Below, in pieces: positions 26,785 to 35,876 of a DNA stretch of 43,841 nucleotides. The DNA is taken from positions 1-43,841 of the forward strand of contig JBKHFO010000003.1 in the NCBI GenBank assembly GCA_046540175.1, given 5' to 3'. The stretch's first letter is position 1; each line of letters starts with the position of its first letter. The notes below the pieces were generated by a model, which saw only the letters and a list, made by a program, of their open reading frames with translations, searched no databases and was not told where the DNA came from. Source of the DNA: Candidatus Hydrogenedentota bacterium (GTDB lineage: Bacteria; Hydrogenedentota; Hydrogenedentia; Hydrogenedentales; SLHB01). The position numbers were made by a program, and so were the translations under genes.

Positions 26785-28611
26785 ATGGTTCACAAAACTC
26801 CCACACTGGGTCAGTTGCTCGCCGTTCTATGTGTGGCCCTAATGGCCGGGTGCGCCACCACGCCCAGCGAACAGACAGAGACGGATACAGAAACGGACTT
26901 CCAGCAAGCAACGTTTGACGCCGAGGCCGATTCCGGCGTGCCGGCTACCGTGGACGAAGACCGCCATATCCCCATTACCGAAAGGGAGCCGGACATCCCG
27001 GAAGGGACGCCCCGGGGGACGGTTGATGTGACGGTGCGTAACGTGTTTGGGCGGGAACTCCCAAGCCGGGTGCGGCTGGATGACGCCGACGAGAACCGGT
27101 TCTACCGCGAGGCTTCCGAAGGAACACTATCGGAGGAGTTCCCCGAAGGGTCCTACACAGCGTACATATATGTTTATTCCGACGAAGCGCCCATTCTTGT
27201 GCATGTGGAAGAGATAACTGTTCAGGAAGGGGAAACCGCGCGCATCGACGTCGAGTTGCTCGAAGGTTCGGATGGCGAGACCCCTCTCTGGGCCTTCGAC
27301 CAAAATATGAACTTGGTTCTGGATAGGGTGGAAAGCGAATTGGGCATGGACCCGCAGGACCCTTCAAGTATACCCGGAGAGCCCAAGCTGGAATGGGAGA
27401 ACCAAACGCTGTCTTCCGATGCCGGGTGGTATAAAGGGGAACTGCACGCGCGCTCTGAATATGGCGGCGGAACAGAATCCGTGGGAGAACTCATCGAACG
27501 GGCCGAGCAGCGGGGACTGGATTTTCTGGCCATCACTGACCGCAACACCATGGAGAGCATTAAGGATTCCGAGTACCATTCGGATGACGTGGTCTTGATT
27601 CCGGCCATGGAATGGGGAACGGATGACCGGGGCGTGGCGCTGATCTACGGGCCGCGCACGTTTCCCCATCTCACGTCCAGCCGGCCCGAGGCCCAGGCGC
27701 TCGCGCGTCTTGTGCAGGCTCAGGGCGGCGCTTTCGTTGTGGCGCATCCCACATTCCCCCCCGCTCCGTGGCAATGGGGCTTGAATTTCGCAAACGCCGT
27801 GGAAGTTTGGCTCAGGGAATGGCGGGGCGTGCCTCCGCTCTCTTTGCAGCATCTTGACGAAGAAAGCCGGGAGCGGGCAGACGGAGACACAGACCCGCTT
27901 GTGCGTTCGGTCGCCCAGGCCGCCGCCACGAGCGGGCTATCAGCGAACGGGCAGGCCGCGGTTTTCCATAATTACGAGTTGCGGCGCGGGCTTCGAGCGG
28001 GCGTCATCGGCGGAAGCATGTCAGGAGGCCCTCATATCCCCTTGGGCGAACCAGTTACCCATGTATATGCCGAAGAACTCTCGGTTGAAGGGATCCTGGA
28101 AGGGATTCGCATGGGACGAACTTATGTAAGCCGCGATCCCAATGGCCCCACCGTGCGTTTCCATGCCGATGGAGGCCAAACAGGGCAGATCGATGTCATG
28201 ATAGGAGGGATGATTCCGTTAGGCGTTGAGACGGACTTTGAAGTGCTCGTGAGCGGCGCCCGCGGCAAGAAACTGCAAGTCTTGCTGGACGGCCGTCCCA
28301 TCCTTTCTAAGGTAATAGAAGAGGACAATTGGCTGACGCGATTCACGCAAATGCCCGAACAATATGCGAAGTATCAAGTTCGGATCGTTGACATACCCGA
28401 TGAGCAGGGCTTTGGTCCCCTAGACGTGCATGCCCTTTCGAGCCCTATTTATGCCCACGACGTGTTCCCGGTTTTTGTTGACCCCGAAGAAGGGCTACAG
28501 GATACGTGGATACGCATTCACGGCGAGCCGGATCTCGAGTTGGAAGAACCTCCGGAGCAACCTGGGCCTGACGACCAAATTCAACAAATTGATCCGGACT
28601 GGCGTTTCTAA
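26785..28611 (+). CDS. PHP-fold (CehA/McbA-like) lipoprotein, probably catalytically degenerate
   Basis: Lipobox MAGC; WYKGELH, GLDFLAITD, VAHP, AVEVW, ILEGIRMGRTYVS and SSPIY match the family scaffold. Confidence 0.82.
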   Translation: MVHKTPTLGQLLAVLCVALMAGCATTPSEQTETDTETDFQQATFDAEADSGVPATVDEDRHIPITEREPDIPEGTPRGTVDVTVRNVFGRELPSRVRLDDADENRFYREASEGTLSEEFPEGSYTAYIYVYSDEAPILVHVEEITVQEGETARIDVELLEGSDGETPLWAFDQNMNLVLDRVESELGMDPQDPSSIPGEPKLEWENQTLSSDAGWYKGELHARSEYGGGTESVGELIERAEQRGLDFLAITDRNTMESIKDSEYHSDDVVLIPAMEWGTDDRGVALIYGPRTFPHLTSSRPEAQALARLVQAQGGAFVVAHPTFPPAPWQWGLNFANAVEVWLREWRGVPPLSLQHLDEESRERADGDTDPLVRSVAQAAATSGLSANGQAAVFHNYELRRGLRAGVIGGSMSGGPHIPLGEPVTHVYAEELSVEGILEGIRMGRTYVSRDPNGPTVRFHADGGQTGQIDVMIGGMIPLGVETDFEVLVSGARGKKLQVLLDGRPILSKVIEEDNWLTRFTQMPEQYAKYQVRIVDIPDEQGFGPLDVHALSSPIYAHDVFPVFVDPEEGLQDTWIRIHGEPDLELEEPPEQPGPDDQIQQIDPDWRF

Positions 28612-28640
28612 TTACGGGCCGGAGGCCCTGATCGCGAATA

Positions 28641-28678
28641 CCCCCCGTCCACCCTGTTTCTGAACGGGTGGAGGGGGG
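28641..28678. terminator. Hairpin between convergent genes
   Basis: CCCCCCGTCCACCC...GGGTGGAGGGGGG inverted repeat. Confidence 0.6.
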
Positions 28679-28710
28679 ATTACAAGCCTCTTGACGTGGT
28701 TAGTGTGGAC

Positions 28711-29406
28711 TCAGGGTTTGTGAATGCTGCGGGGATAGGATATGAATCCATCTTCCCCGTTCCTAAAAGAATGAACGGGTGCGGCCGAACCAGGCGTCCC
28801 CTCGGGACGAGATGTCTCCGAAGACGGGCGCTGGGCGCCGCCTTCCAACAACCCAAGGAGCTTGCATGCGAGTTCCGCGGCCTGGAGCTGGACCGGTTCG
28901 CTGACGCTATGGAGCAGTTTGTCCACGACCACCCGCCGCACGGTGCTCTCATCGAGTTGCCCGTTGGTCTCCGCCCCGCCGCCGGGCAAAGAGAGGTAGC
29001 TATCGGGCGAAGAGGACTCTCGGTATCCCCCCGCGCCACGCAAGGCCGCCAGGCATCGATCCCGTCCGCGTTCTATCTCGGAGTTGCCCGGGAATTGCTG
29101 GGCCAGCCCATTAAAGATAGCCAACGCCTCCGCGTAATGACGCCGGTAATAGAGGTCCACCGCCTCGCCAAACTTGCGTTTAGCGTCCTCGGTGGGACTC
29201 TGCCGCGCACCGCTCCAACCACCGCCCCCACCACCGGGAGGCGGCGCCGTATCGGGCCCGGCGCCTCTAACGGACGCCTGCGTGGTGTTCTCGGCTGTAA
29301 TCGGCACGGCCGCCCCGCAGCTTGGACACAGCCCCGTTCGTCCAATGGCTGAACGCGGCACCTGCATTCGCTGCCCGCACGAGCAGCTAAGGATAAGCTT
29401 CCGCAT
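28711..29406 (-). CDS. Zn-ribbon + TPR-like hypothetical protein
   Basis: CSCG...CPSC at the N-terminus; Gly/Pro linker; helix pair AVDLYYRRHYAEALAIF...FPGN. Confidence 0.78.
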   Translation of the reverse strand: MRKLILSCSCGQRMQVPRSAIGRTGLCPSCGAAVPITAENTTQASVRGAGPDTAPPPGGGGGGWSGARQSPTEDAKRKFGEAVDLYYRRHYAEALAIFNGLAQQFPGNSEIERGRDRCLAALRGAGGYRESSSPDSYLSLPGGGAETNGQLDESTVRRVVVDKLLHSVSEPVQLQAAELACKLLGLLEGGAQRPSSETSRPEGTPGSAAPVHSFRNGEDGFISYPRSIHKP

Positions 29407-29545
29407 ACCTACTTCCCATCCCAATAACCAGCCATACCGCCGATTTCGTTAAACGGCCCCCGCCGGCCGTGGCGTTCCCCGTATGCTCCGAACAGCGCCA
29501 AACCGGCGCCCGCGAGATCTGCCCGCAACGTTGAGCCCCCGTATC

Positions 29546-30739
29546 CTAGCCGGACTGCATAAAACGAAGCAAGGAGTCCAAGAGTTCACGCGGAGCAGGA
29601 TCCCGGCGCTGATCCACGACCTCGGGGAAAAGCGTGTTCTCTTCCGTCTTCTCTTGTGCAGGCTCCCCCTCCGCGCTTGGAGGGGCCTCCTTAGCGGCAT
29701 GGCTATCGGTGGCGAGTTCCTCGCGCTTGAGCCGGGCCGAATCGGCCCTCTCCAATGCCTCTTGAAGCCGCTGCAGTTTTCCATCCAAACCATCGATAAG
29801 GCGCAAGGCGTTGTCCCGTTCTTCCCGAGTCGCTTCCAGGGTGGCGCGCAACTCCGCCACTTCTTGCTCCTTCTGACGCCAAGCCTGATGCAGGTCCGCC
29901 GCGTCTTCGGAGACCCCGGCCAGCCGCTGCCTCTCCGCCTCAAGCGATTGAATACGGCCGTCCTTTTTCTTAAGTTCAGACTCCAGGCGCACGGCGGCGT
30001 TTTGCTGCTCTTCGCTACGTTGCTTTTCCTCGGCTAGCTCCGTCTGGGCTGCCTGCAGTTTGCGGCGCAACTGTTCAATCGTCTGCCGGGCGTCTTTCAA
30101 AGTGGCCGTGGTTTCACTATGTCGAAGGCGTTCGGTTTCCAGCCGTTCCCGCCCCGCCGCCAGTTCGCCGGAGAGTTCGTCATACTCGCTCTGCAAAGCG
30201 CTGTAACGCGACCGCCACCCCTCATTCTCGCGGATTTGCTCCTTAGCCTTCGCCAAGGCTTTCTCGGCCTCTTGCCGGGCGGACCGCTCCTCATCGAGTT
30301 CATGTTCCAGACGCGCCGCCTCAGCTTCCAAAGCTTCGAACGCTGCGTTATCGAAATCCCCCCCAGCTTGATCCGAGGCCAACTCCGCGTTCAGCCTGCG
30401 AATCTCGGCCTCCGCCTCCTCTAGCCGCTTGCGGCTCGCCTCGAGTTCGCGCGTATTTGCCTCGGGATCCTGGGCGGCTTGTTCCTTGGCCCGTTGTAGA
30501 CGGCGGTCTAGACGCCGAACACGCGCCTCGGCCTTTTCCAAGCGTTGAACCGCCTGCCGAAGGACATGACGCAACGTCTCCAACTTCTCATCATCCGGCA
30601 ACTCTTCAAAGGATGGCGTTCCGTCCGCCGCTGGAACCGAAATCACGTTCTTGCAGTTGGCGCACCAGCCGCTATGGCCAGCCAATCGGTCTTCTACCTC
30701 AAAACGGTAGGCGCAGTGTGGACACTCGAAGCGTATCAT
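29546..30739 (-). CDS. Zn-ribbon + long coiled-coil protein
   Basis: MIRFECPHC...WCANC followed by about 300 aa of E/R/A/L heptads. Confidence 0.85.
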   Translation of the reverse strand: MIRFECPHCAYRFEVEDRLAGHSGWCANCKNVISVPAADGTPSFEELPDDEKLETLRHVLRQAVQRLEKAEARVRRLDRRLQRAKEQAAQDPEANTRELEASRKRLEEAEAEIRRLNAELASDQAGGDFDNAAFEALEAEAARLEHELDEERSARQEAEKALAKAKEQIRENEGWRSRYSALQSEYDELSGELAAGRERLETERLRHSETTATLKDARQTIEQLRRKLQAAQTELAEEKQRSEEQQNAAVRLESELKKKDGRIQSLEAERQRLAGVSEDAADLHQAWRQKEQEVAELRATLEATREERDNALRLIDGLDGKLQRLQEALERADSARLKREELATDSHAAKEAPPSAEGEPAQEKTEENTLFPEVVDQRRDPAPRELLDSLLRFMQSG

Positions 30740-30860
30740 GGGCTTCACCCGTCAATTTGCTGTTCCCGTTCGTACGCGAAAACTCCACTCTTTCGCGGCC
30801 CCGGACCTTCCATTCGCTGCTATTATACCTTATCACACCCAGCCAGCTAATTCCCGCTCA

Positions 30861-31724
30861 TCAACGCTTCATAAGCATGGCGCGCATGCGAGCCCAGAAG
30901 AAAAGATGTTCCACGTATAGCGCGGCCCCCCAGAGGTCCCATGGAAAGAAATGCGGGATCCCAAAAGGAGCGCTTACGTACTTTAACACGGCTTTGACGC
31001 CCATGGCGACGCGGGCTGACGGCGTCTGGCAAAGATCCGGTCCCCGCCTCGCAGTGTCCCGCAGCGCCCGGTACACAGGACGCCATGTAGGTTTATAGCG
31101 ATGCGTGACCTTTACGGCGGGGTCGTAAAAGATGTGATAGCCAGCCTCGTTCAAACGGAAACACAACGCCCAATCCTCCAACGATTCCCAGGGCTCGCAG
31201 GGAAATCCGCCGGTTTCGTGAAAGATCGGGGCGGGAACGAGAAAATTTATCACAGGCGCCGCGCGAACCCACTTGGGCTTATCTCCAAAGAGCGCTTTCA
31301 TGCGGTAATACTGGTAGCGTTCGGCTGAAGTTTGCAGACGGTGCGCCTCAAAGCCTCCGCTTAAAGCGTCCGCCCCTCTACGGTGAAGGGTTTCCAGCAT
31401 GGTTTCAATCCAGTGTTTGGGAACGCGGCAGTCGTCGTCCGTAAACAATAGATATTTCCCCCCCGCCCGGGCGGCCCCCGCATTCCGCGTGAGGCCCGGC
31501 GCTCCATAGCTCCCTCGAACGACTTGAATGCGCCCGCCATGAGTCTGTCGATACATCTTCAGGATTTCCCGGGTCGCATCGGTGGAGGCGTCGTTCACGA
31601 CAATCACTTCATAAGGCTCGAAAGATTGCGCCAGCACGCTATCCAGACATTCCCGAAGTACGGGCGCGCGATTATGGGTAGGGATAACCACACTAACTTC
31701 TGGATTCCGTTCCAGCCTGGTCAT
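30861..31724 (-). CDS. Glycosyltransferase family 2
   Basis: VSVVIPTHNR, VVNDASTD, RNAGA, FTDDDC, EDW; ATGA overlap with the upstream GT4. Confidence 0.93.
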   Translation of the reverse strand: MTRLERNPEVSVVIPTHNRAPVLRECLDSVLAQSFEPYEVIVVNDASTDATREILKMYRQTHGGRIQVVRGSYGAPGLTRNAGAARAGGKYLLFTDDDCRVPKHWIETMLETLHRRGADALSGGFEAHRLQTSAERYQYYRMKALFGDKPKWVRAAPVINFLVPAPIFHETGGFPCEPWESLEDWALCFRLNEAGYHIFYDPAVKVTHRYKPTWRPVYRALRDTARRGPDLCQTPSARVAMGVKAVLKYVSAPFGIPHFFPWDLWGAALYVEHLFFWARMRAMLMKR

Positions 31725-32935
31725 GCCTCCCGGCTCCCCTCGGAATTCGTGGAGCAAACTCGCCCGCGGCGGCCCTCCACCGAGCCGAGTTCCTCATAAA
31801 GGGCGAGGAGTTCCTGGCCCACTTGGCGCCAAGAGAACTTCCCCGCCGCCAGTTCCCGCCCGGCTCCTCCCAGCGCGGCGGCCCGCTCCTGATTTTGAAG
31901 CAATTCAACCACGTGGCGCGCAAAGTCTTCCGCGTTATCACCTATGAGAATCTCCTCGCCGGGAACCGCTTCAATACCCCGGTTCGCTTCGCTTGTGGCC
32001 ACCACAGGCGCGCCGCAGGCCATGGCTTCCAACACCTTGGTCTTCACCCCGCCCCCCGCGTTCACCGGCGCGGCCGCGGCGGCGGCCCTTTGTAACTCGG
32101 GCACAATATCCGGCACAAGCCCTGTCACCGTGATCCGCTCCGACGCTAATTCTCGCGCCAGCCCTCGCGGGGCCGGGCCCACGATACGAAGCCGCGCCTC
32201 TGGGACTTGTTGACGCACGTAAGGAAAAATCTCGCGGGCCAGGCGCCAAGCAGCTTCGGCGTTTGGCCTGTACGCCAAGTTGCCAGTGAACACGATGCCC
32301 TCCCGTGGAGACGCCTCTGGACCAGGCGGGATGAAGCTGTCCACATCAACGCAATGGCGAACAACGCGCACTTGTGGTCCCAGCGCGGCCGCATCATGAG
32401 CGCTTACCGCCAGCGAGCACGATGCCCGGCGCGCCAATTCCTGCTCCCAAATCCGCAAGCGCCGGGCCTCCCCCGCCACTGCCGCGCTCATGGGCATGGA
32501 CATGGTGGCGCCCACGTCCCGGTAGGTCTGGGATAGGGCGTCAATGAAATCCACGACGAGCGGCACGGGACACGGCGCGGGAACGTTGCCGGCGATTCGA
32601 AGCGTATTGCAGTGAATCGCATCAACCCGCGGCAGCCACTTCCGCACGGCCTCCCGCATCGCCGATGATTCATAAAGCGCCGCTTGAAAGGGACGGCGCA
32701 TCGCCATGGCGCGGAACATCCCGGCGGTTCGCGCGGGTTTGCGAAAGGGAATCGTTTCGAGTTCGCAAAAGGAAGCCACCTCGCGCAGCCGGCCGCGTTC
32801 TTCCTCGGAAGCCACGTAGCTGAGCAACACAACGTCGTGAGCTTCGCTCAATAGGCGAATGAACTGCCAGGCGCGCAGCTTATCCCCCTTCACGGCCGGC
32901 AAGGGGAACCGGGGGGTCAAAAAAAGAATTCGCAT
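31721..32935 (-). CDS. Glycosyltransferase family 4 (resembles PEP-CTERM-associated sugar transferases)
   Basis: LTPRFPLPAVKGDKLR, FTGNLAYRPN, GGVKTKVLEAMACGAPVV, FSW. Confidence 0.9.
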   Translation of the reverse strand: MRILFLTPRFPLPAVKGDKLRAWQFIRLLSEAHDVVLLSYVASEEERGRLREVASFCELETIPFRKPARTAGMFRAMAMRRPFQAALYESSAMREAVRKWLPRVDAIHCNTLRIAGNVPAPCPVPLVVDFIDALSQTYRDVGATMSMPMSAAVAGEARRLRIWEQELARRASCSLAVSAHDAAALGPQVRVVRHCVDVDSFIPPGPEASPREGIVFTGNLAYRPNAEAAWRLAREIFPYVRQQVPEARLRIVGPAPRGLARELASERITVTGLVPDIVPELQRAAAAAAPVNAGGGVKTKVLEAMACGAPVVATSEANRGIEAVPGEEILIGDNAEDFARHVVELLQNQERAAALGGAGRELAAGKFSWRQVGQELLALYEELGSVEGRRGRVCSTNSEGSREA

Positions 32936-33283
32936 CGGACGATGTATCAATCTCCTGTCTTCGGCAGCAGTTCCACAGCACTTGAGGTAAACAATGGTAT
33001 CGGGCCAGACGCTCTGATGCAACGCAGCCCTCGGTGAAAGATGGGCAGGGATCGACTGCAGTAACAGGGAGAAACGAGCTCATATGCCTCACGTACTGTC
33101 GTCCCAAACCGTTGTAGGTGCGGGTCTTTTGAAGGCGCTTCGCTTGTCCGTGCGCCCATGGCCAGCGCCCCGGGGAGCAATCGAAATCCCCTTCCCGCCC
33201 CATGAAACTAAGTCATTAAACTTCGGTAAGCGCCGAACATACCGTTTGCGAGTAACTCCTTTTTTTGAGCGACAACATAGCTC

Positions 33284-33312
33284 TTGACACGGCTTGAGAA
33301 ACAGGGTAGGGT
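33284..33312 (+). promoter_or_regulatory. Sigma70-type promoter candidate for the MFS gene
   Basis: TTGACA-N17-TAGGGT. Confidence 0.45.
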
Positions 33313-33603
33313 ATGGACCGATGTAAGGCTGCTGCAGGGTATCCATATGGCCGGTCACCCAGTCGGTGGGGGCTGCGGGCGGAAGGATCCACTAGCCACA
33401 CAGGGTCGCCGTTCGCGGGATGCGCCTCGGCGGAAAAGCAATGGGTTATGTGTGCGCCGTACCAGGGGACCTGGCGGGATAGGGCGGATGGTGGCTGGAG
33501 AGCGCTCCATGCGCCACCGCAATAGCCCTTCGGTTCAGCCGGACGGCAAGGCAGGCAAGGGGCGCGTATTGACGCCCCGCAAACACCGATAGGGGGAAGT
33601 ATT

Positions 33604-34812
33604 ATGGAAGCAGTAACACCAATAGTATCGTTCGCGGGCGTGTTCGCGCTAGGTATCATTTTCGCCGTGCTCGGGGCCGTAAAGCTCCGGCTGGCGGAAA
33701 TCCTCCAGGTGGACGATGCCCAGTATGGGCGGCTCATATCTACCCTGATGTTCGCCAGCATGATAGCCGTCCTGATTATTGGGCCGCTGCAGGACGCAAT
33801 CGGCTATATGCCCATCGGCATAGTGGGCTTCGTGGCCGGCGGGGTTTGCCTTTGGATCCTGGCAAGCGCCAAGAACTATGGCATCGCTTTGCTGGCCTGC
33901 GCGCTGCTCGGCATTGGCGCCATGTGCGCCAACACCATCGGTAATACGCTTGGGCCAACGGTGCTTTTCGACGGCGACAACCCCGCGGCGGCGTCAAACT
34001 GGCTCAACGTGTTCTTTGGTATTGGCGCGTTTATCACGCCGGTCATCATAGGCAAGGTGATGGGCAAGCTTGGTTACCAGAAGACAGTGAGCATCATCGG
34101 CGCGATCGTGTTTGTTCCCGTGATTCTCGTCTTTCTTGCCGACTTTCCGGAGGCCGCGGGGGACTTCGAGTTGGCCGCGTCGCTTGGTCTACTGACGACG
34201 GGTTATGTCATTTTTGGCGGACTGTCCTTGTTCTGCTACATCGGCCTCGAAGCGTCGATGGCGGGATTTGTGAGCACCTACTTGAAAGGACAGGACCTCA
34301 CAGATGAGCAAGCCAATACCTGGCTCTCCGGTTTCTGGGTCGGTCTCATCGCCGCCCGCTTGGTCGCGGCCCTGTTGTTGGGTCCCCTGGATCCCATTTA
34401 TCATGCGCCGGTCATTCCCGCGTTGGGCGTCCTGGCGGTCATCTCTATCTCGCTCATGGTAATCGCCAAGACCTCCAAGGCCGGTATAGTCGGCACGGTG
34501 CTGACCGGTGTGGCCCTTGGTCCGATCTTCCCCACCATCGTGGGTGTAACCTTCAGCAAGAGCGCGGCCATTGACGCGGGCATCGCAGGCAGCGTGTTCG
34601 GCTGGATCTTCGCGATTGGCCTCCTGGGCGGGACGCTTGTTCCGATGCTTATTGGTAAGCTGTCCGCCGAAGGCACCATTCGCCAAAGCATGAAGGCGGC
34701 CGTCGTTGTCGCCGCCGTGCTTATCGTGCTCAGCGGCATCCTGTGGCTTGGCGTTCCCGAAGCCGACCCCGAAGAGATCGGGGATGTCGTTGCGATGACC
34801 ATGGGACGGTAA
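33604..34812 (+). CDS. MFS transporter (FucP/TsgA-like)
   Basis: About 12 hydrophobic segments; LNVFFGIGAFITP, YIGLE, GPIFPTI motifs. Confidence 0.9.
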   Translation: MEAVTPIVSFAGVFALGIIFAVLGAVKLRLAEILQVDDAQYGRLISTLMFASMIAVLIIGPLQDAIGYMPIGIVGFVAGGVCLWILASAKNYGIALLACALLGIGAMCANTIGNTLGPTVLFDGDNPAAASNWLNVFFGIGAFITPVIIGKVMGKLGYQKTVSIIGAIVFVPVILVFLADFPEAAGDFELAASLGLLTTGYVIFGGLSLFCYIGLEASMAGFVSTYLKGQDLTDEQANTWLSGFWVGLIAARLVAALLLGPLDPIYHAPVIPALGVLAVISISLMVIAKTSKAGIVGTVLTGVALGPIFPTIVGVTFSKSAAIDAGIAGSVFGWIFAIGLLGGTLVPMLIGKLSAEGTIRQSMKAAVVVAAVLIVLSGILWLGVPEADPEEIGDVVAMTMGR

Positions 34813-34842
34813 CTAAGTCAATACGATAAGGCTCGCACATTC

Positions 34843-34884
34843 AAAGGAGACGTTCTTCCACGGGAGAGCGTCTCCTTTCCGTTT
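34843..34884 (+). terminator. Rho-independent terminator after the MFS gene
   Basis: AAAGGAGACGTTCTTCC/GGGAGAGCGTCTCCTTT stem with a T-rich tail. Confidence 0.65.
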
Positions 34885-34937
34885 GTCCATTGGACCGGCT
34901 TGTCCTTCGCGTTCCATTGTCTTATCATTGGATGCCC

Positions 34938-35306
34938 ATGAGCAAGTTCGGCGTAACTCCACAAAAGGAACAAGAACTCCATGAACGCATGGAGGCCTGC
35001 GGGATTCAGGAACGGGATTTGAAGGAGTCGTTTACGCGCTCCGGCGGACCCGGCGGGCAGAATGTGAATCGCACCGCCACGTGCGTGCATCTTGTTCATG
35101 CGCCGTCCGGCCTTGAAGTGAAAATGCAGCAGGCGCGCTCCCAAGGCCTCAACCGGTTTTACGCCCGGCGGCGGTTGTGCGAGCTGTTGGAAGCGCAACA
35201 ACAGGGGAAGGCAAGCCCCGAAGCCCGGCGCCAAGAGAAGATACGCAAGCAGAAGACTCGGCGGCGCCGGCGGCAGAAGAAACAAAAAGATGACGAGTCC
35301 GCGTGA
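34938..35306 (+). CDS. Peptide chain release factor-like ribosome rescue protein (ArfB/RF-1 domain)
   Basis: RSGGPGGQNVN, VHLVHAPSG, RSQGLNR; strongly basic C-terminal tail. Confidence 0.9.
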   Translation: MSKFGVTPQKEQELHERMEACGIQERDLKESFTRSGGPGGQNVNRTATCVHLVHAPSGLEVKMQQARSQGLNRFYARRRLCELLEAQQQGKASPEARRQEKIRKQKTRRRRRQKKQKDDESA

Positions 35307-35354
35307 GGTGTGTGTCCGGGTTTAAGGCCGGGCGTGACAGGAAGGGGAACGGTG

Positions 35355-35876
35355 ATGGGCTATGTCGACCGCAATCTTGAGCCGGGAGAAGAAGTGGTTT
35401 ACCGGGCGAGGCTTCATTGGATGCTGTTTCTGAAGCCTGTCGCGTGGTGGGTGGCCGCTATTGCGCTGTACGTTATCGCGGGCCGTCTCTTGTCCTTTCT
35501 CCCCGCTGAGGCGCACAGTGTTGGCCAAACGGCGCGCACGTGGGGCGGCCTTATTCTTTTCGCGTTGGCGTTTCTTCAAACGCTCAGCGTGCTGCTGACC
35601 TACATCAGCAGCGAATTCGCCGTCACCAACCGCCGCCTTATAGTTAAAGTAGGCCTGGTTCGCCGGGAATCTCTGGAAACGCTCCTCAGCCGGGTGGAGG
35701 GGCTGGACGTGAATCAAACCGTTCCCGGCCGCCTCCTTGACTACGGGACTATTGAGATTCGCGGCATGGGCGGCCATGTTAAGGCTTACGCCAACATTTC
35801 CCACCCTATTGAACTGCGTTCGGCCGTCTACCGCGAAGTGGAGGCCCGCCGCCAACAAACCGTCTACAATCCGTAG
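35355..35876 (+). CDS. Bacterial PH-domain (bPH_2) membrane protein
   Basis: YVDRNLEPGEEV.YRARLHW; two TMs; SEFAVTNRRLIVKVG, GRLLDYGTI; 13-bp convergent overlap with the next gene. Confidence 0.88.
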   Translation: MGYVDRNLEPGEEVVYRARLHWMLFLKPVAWWVAAIALYVIAGRLLSFLPAEAHSVGQTARTWGGLILFALAFLQTLSVLLTYISSEFAVTNRRLIVKVGLVRRESLETLLSRVEGLDVNQTVPGRLLDYGTIEIRGMGGHVKAYANISHPIELRSAVYREVEARRQQTVYNP

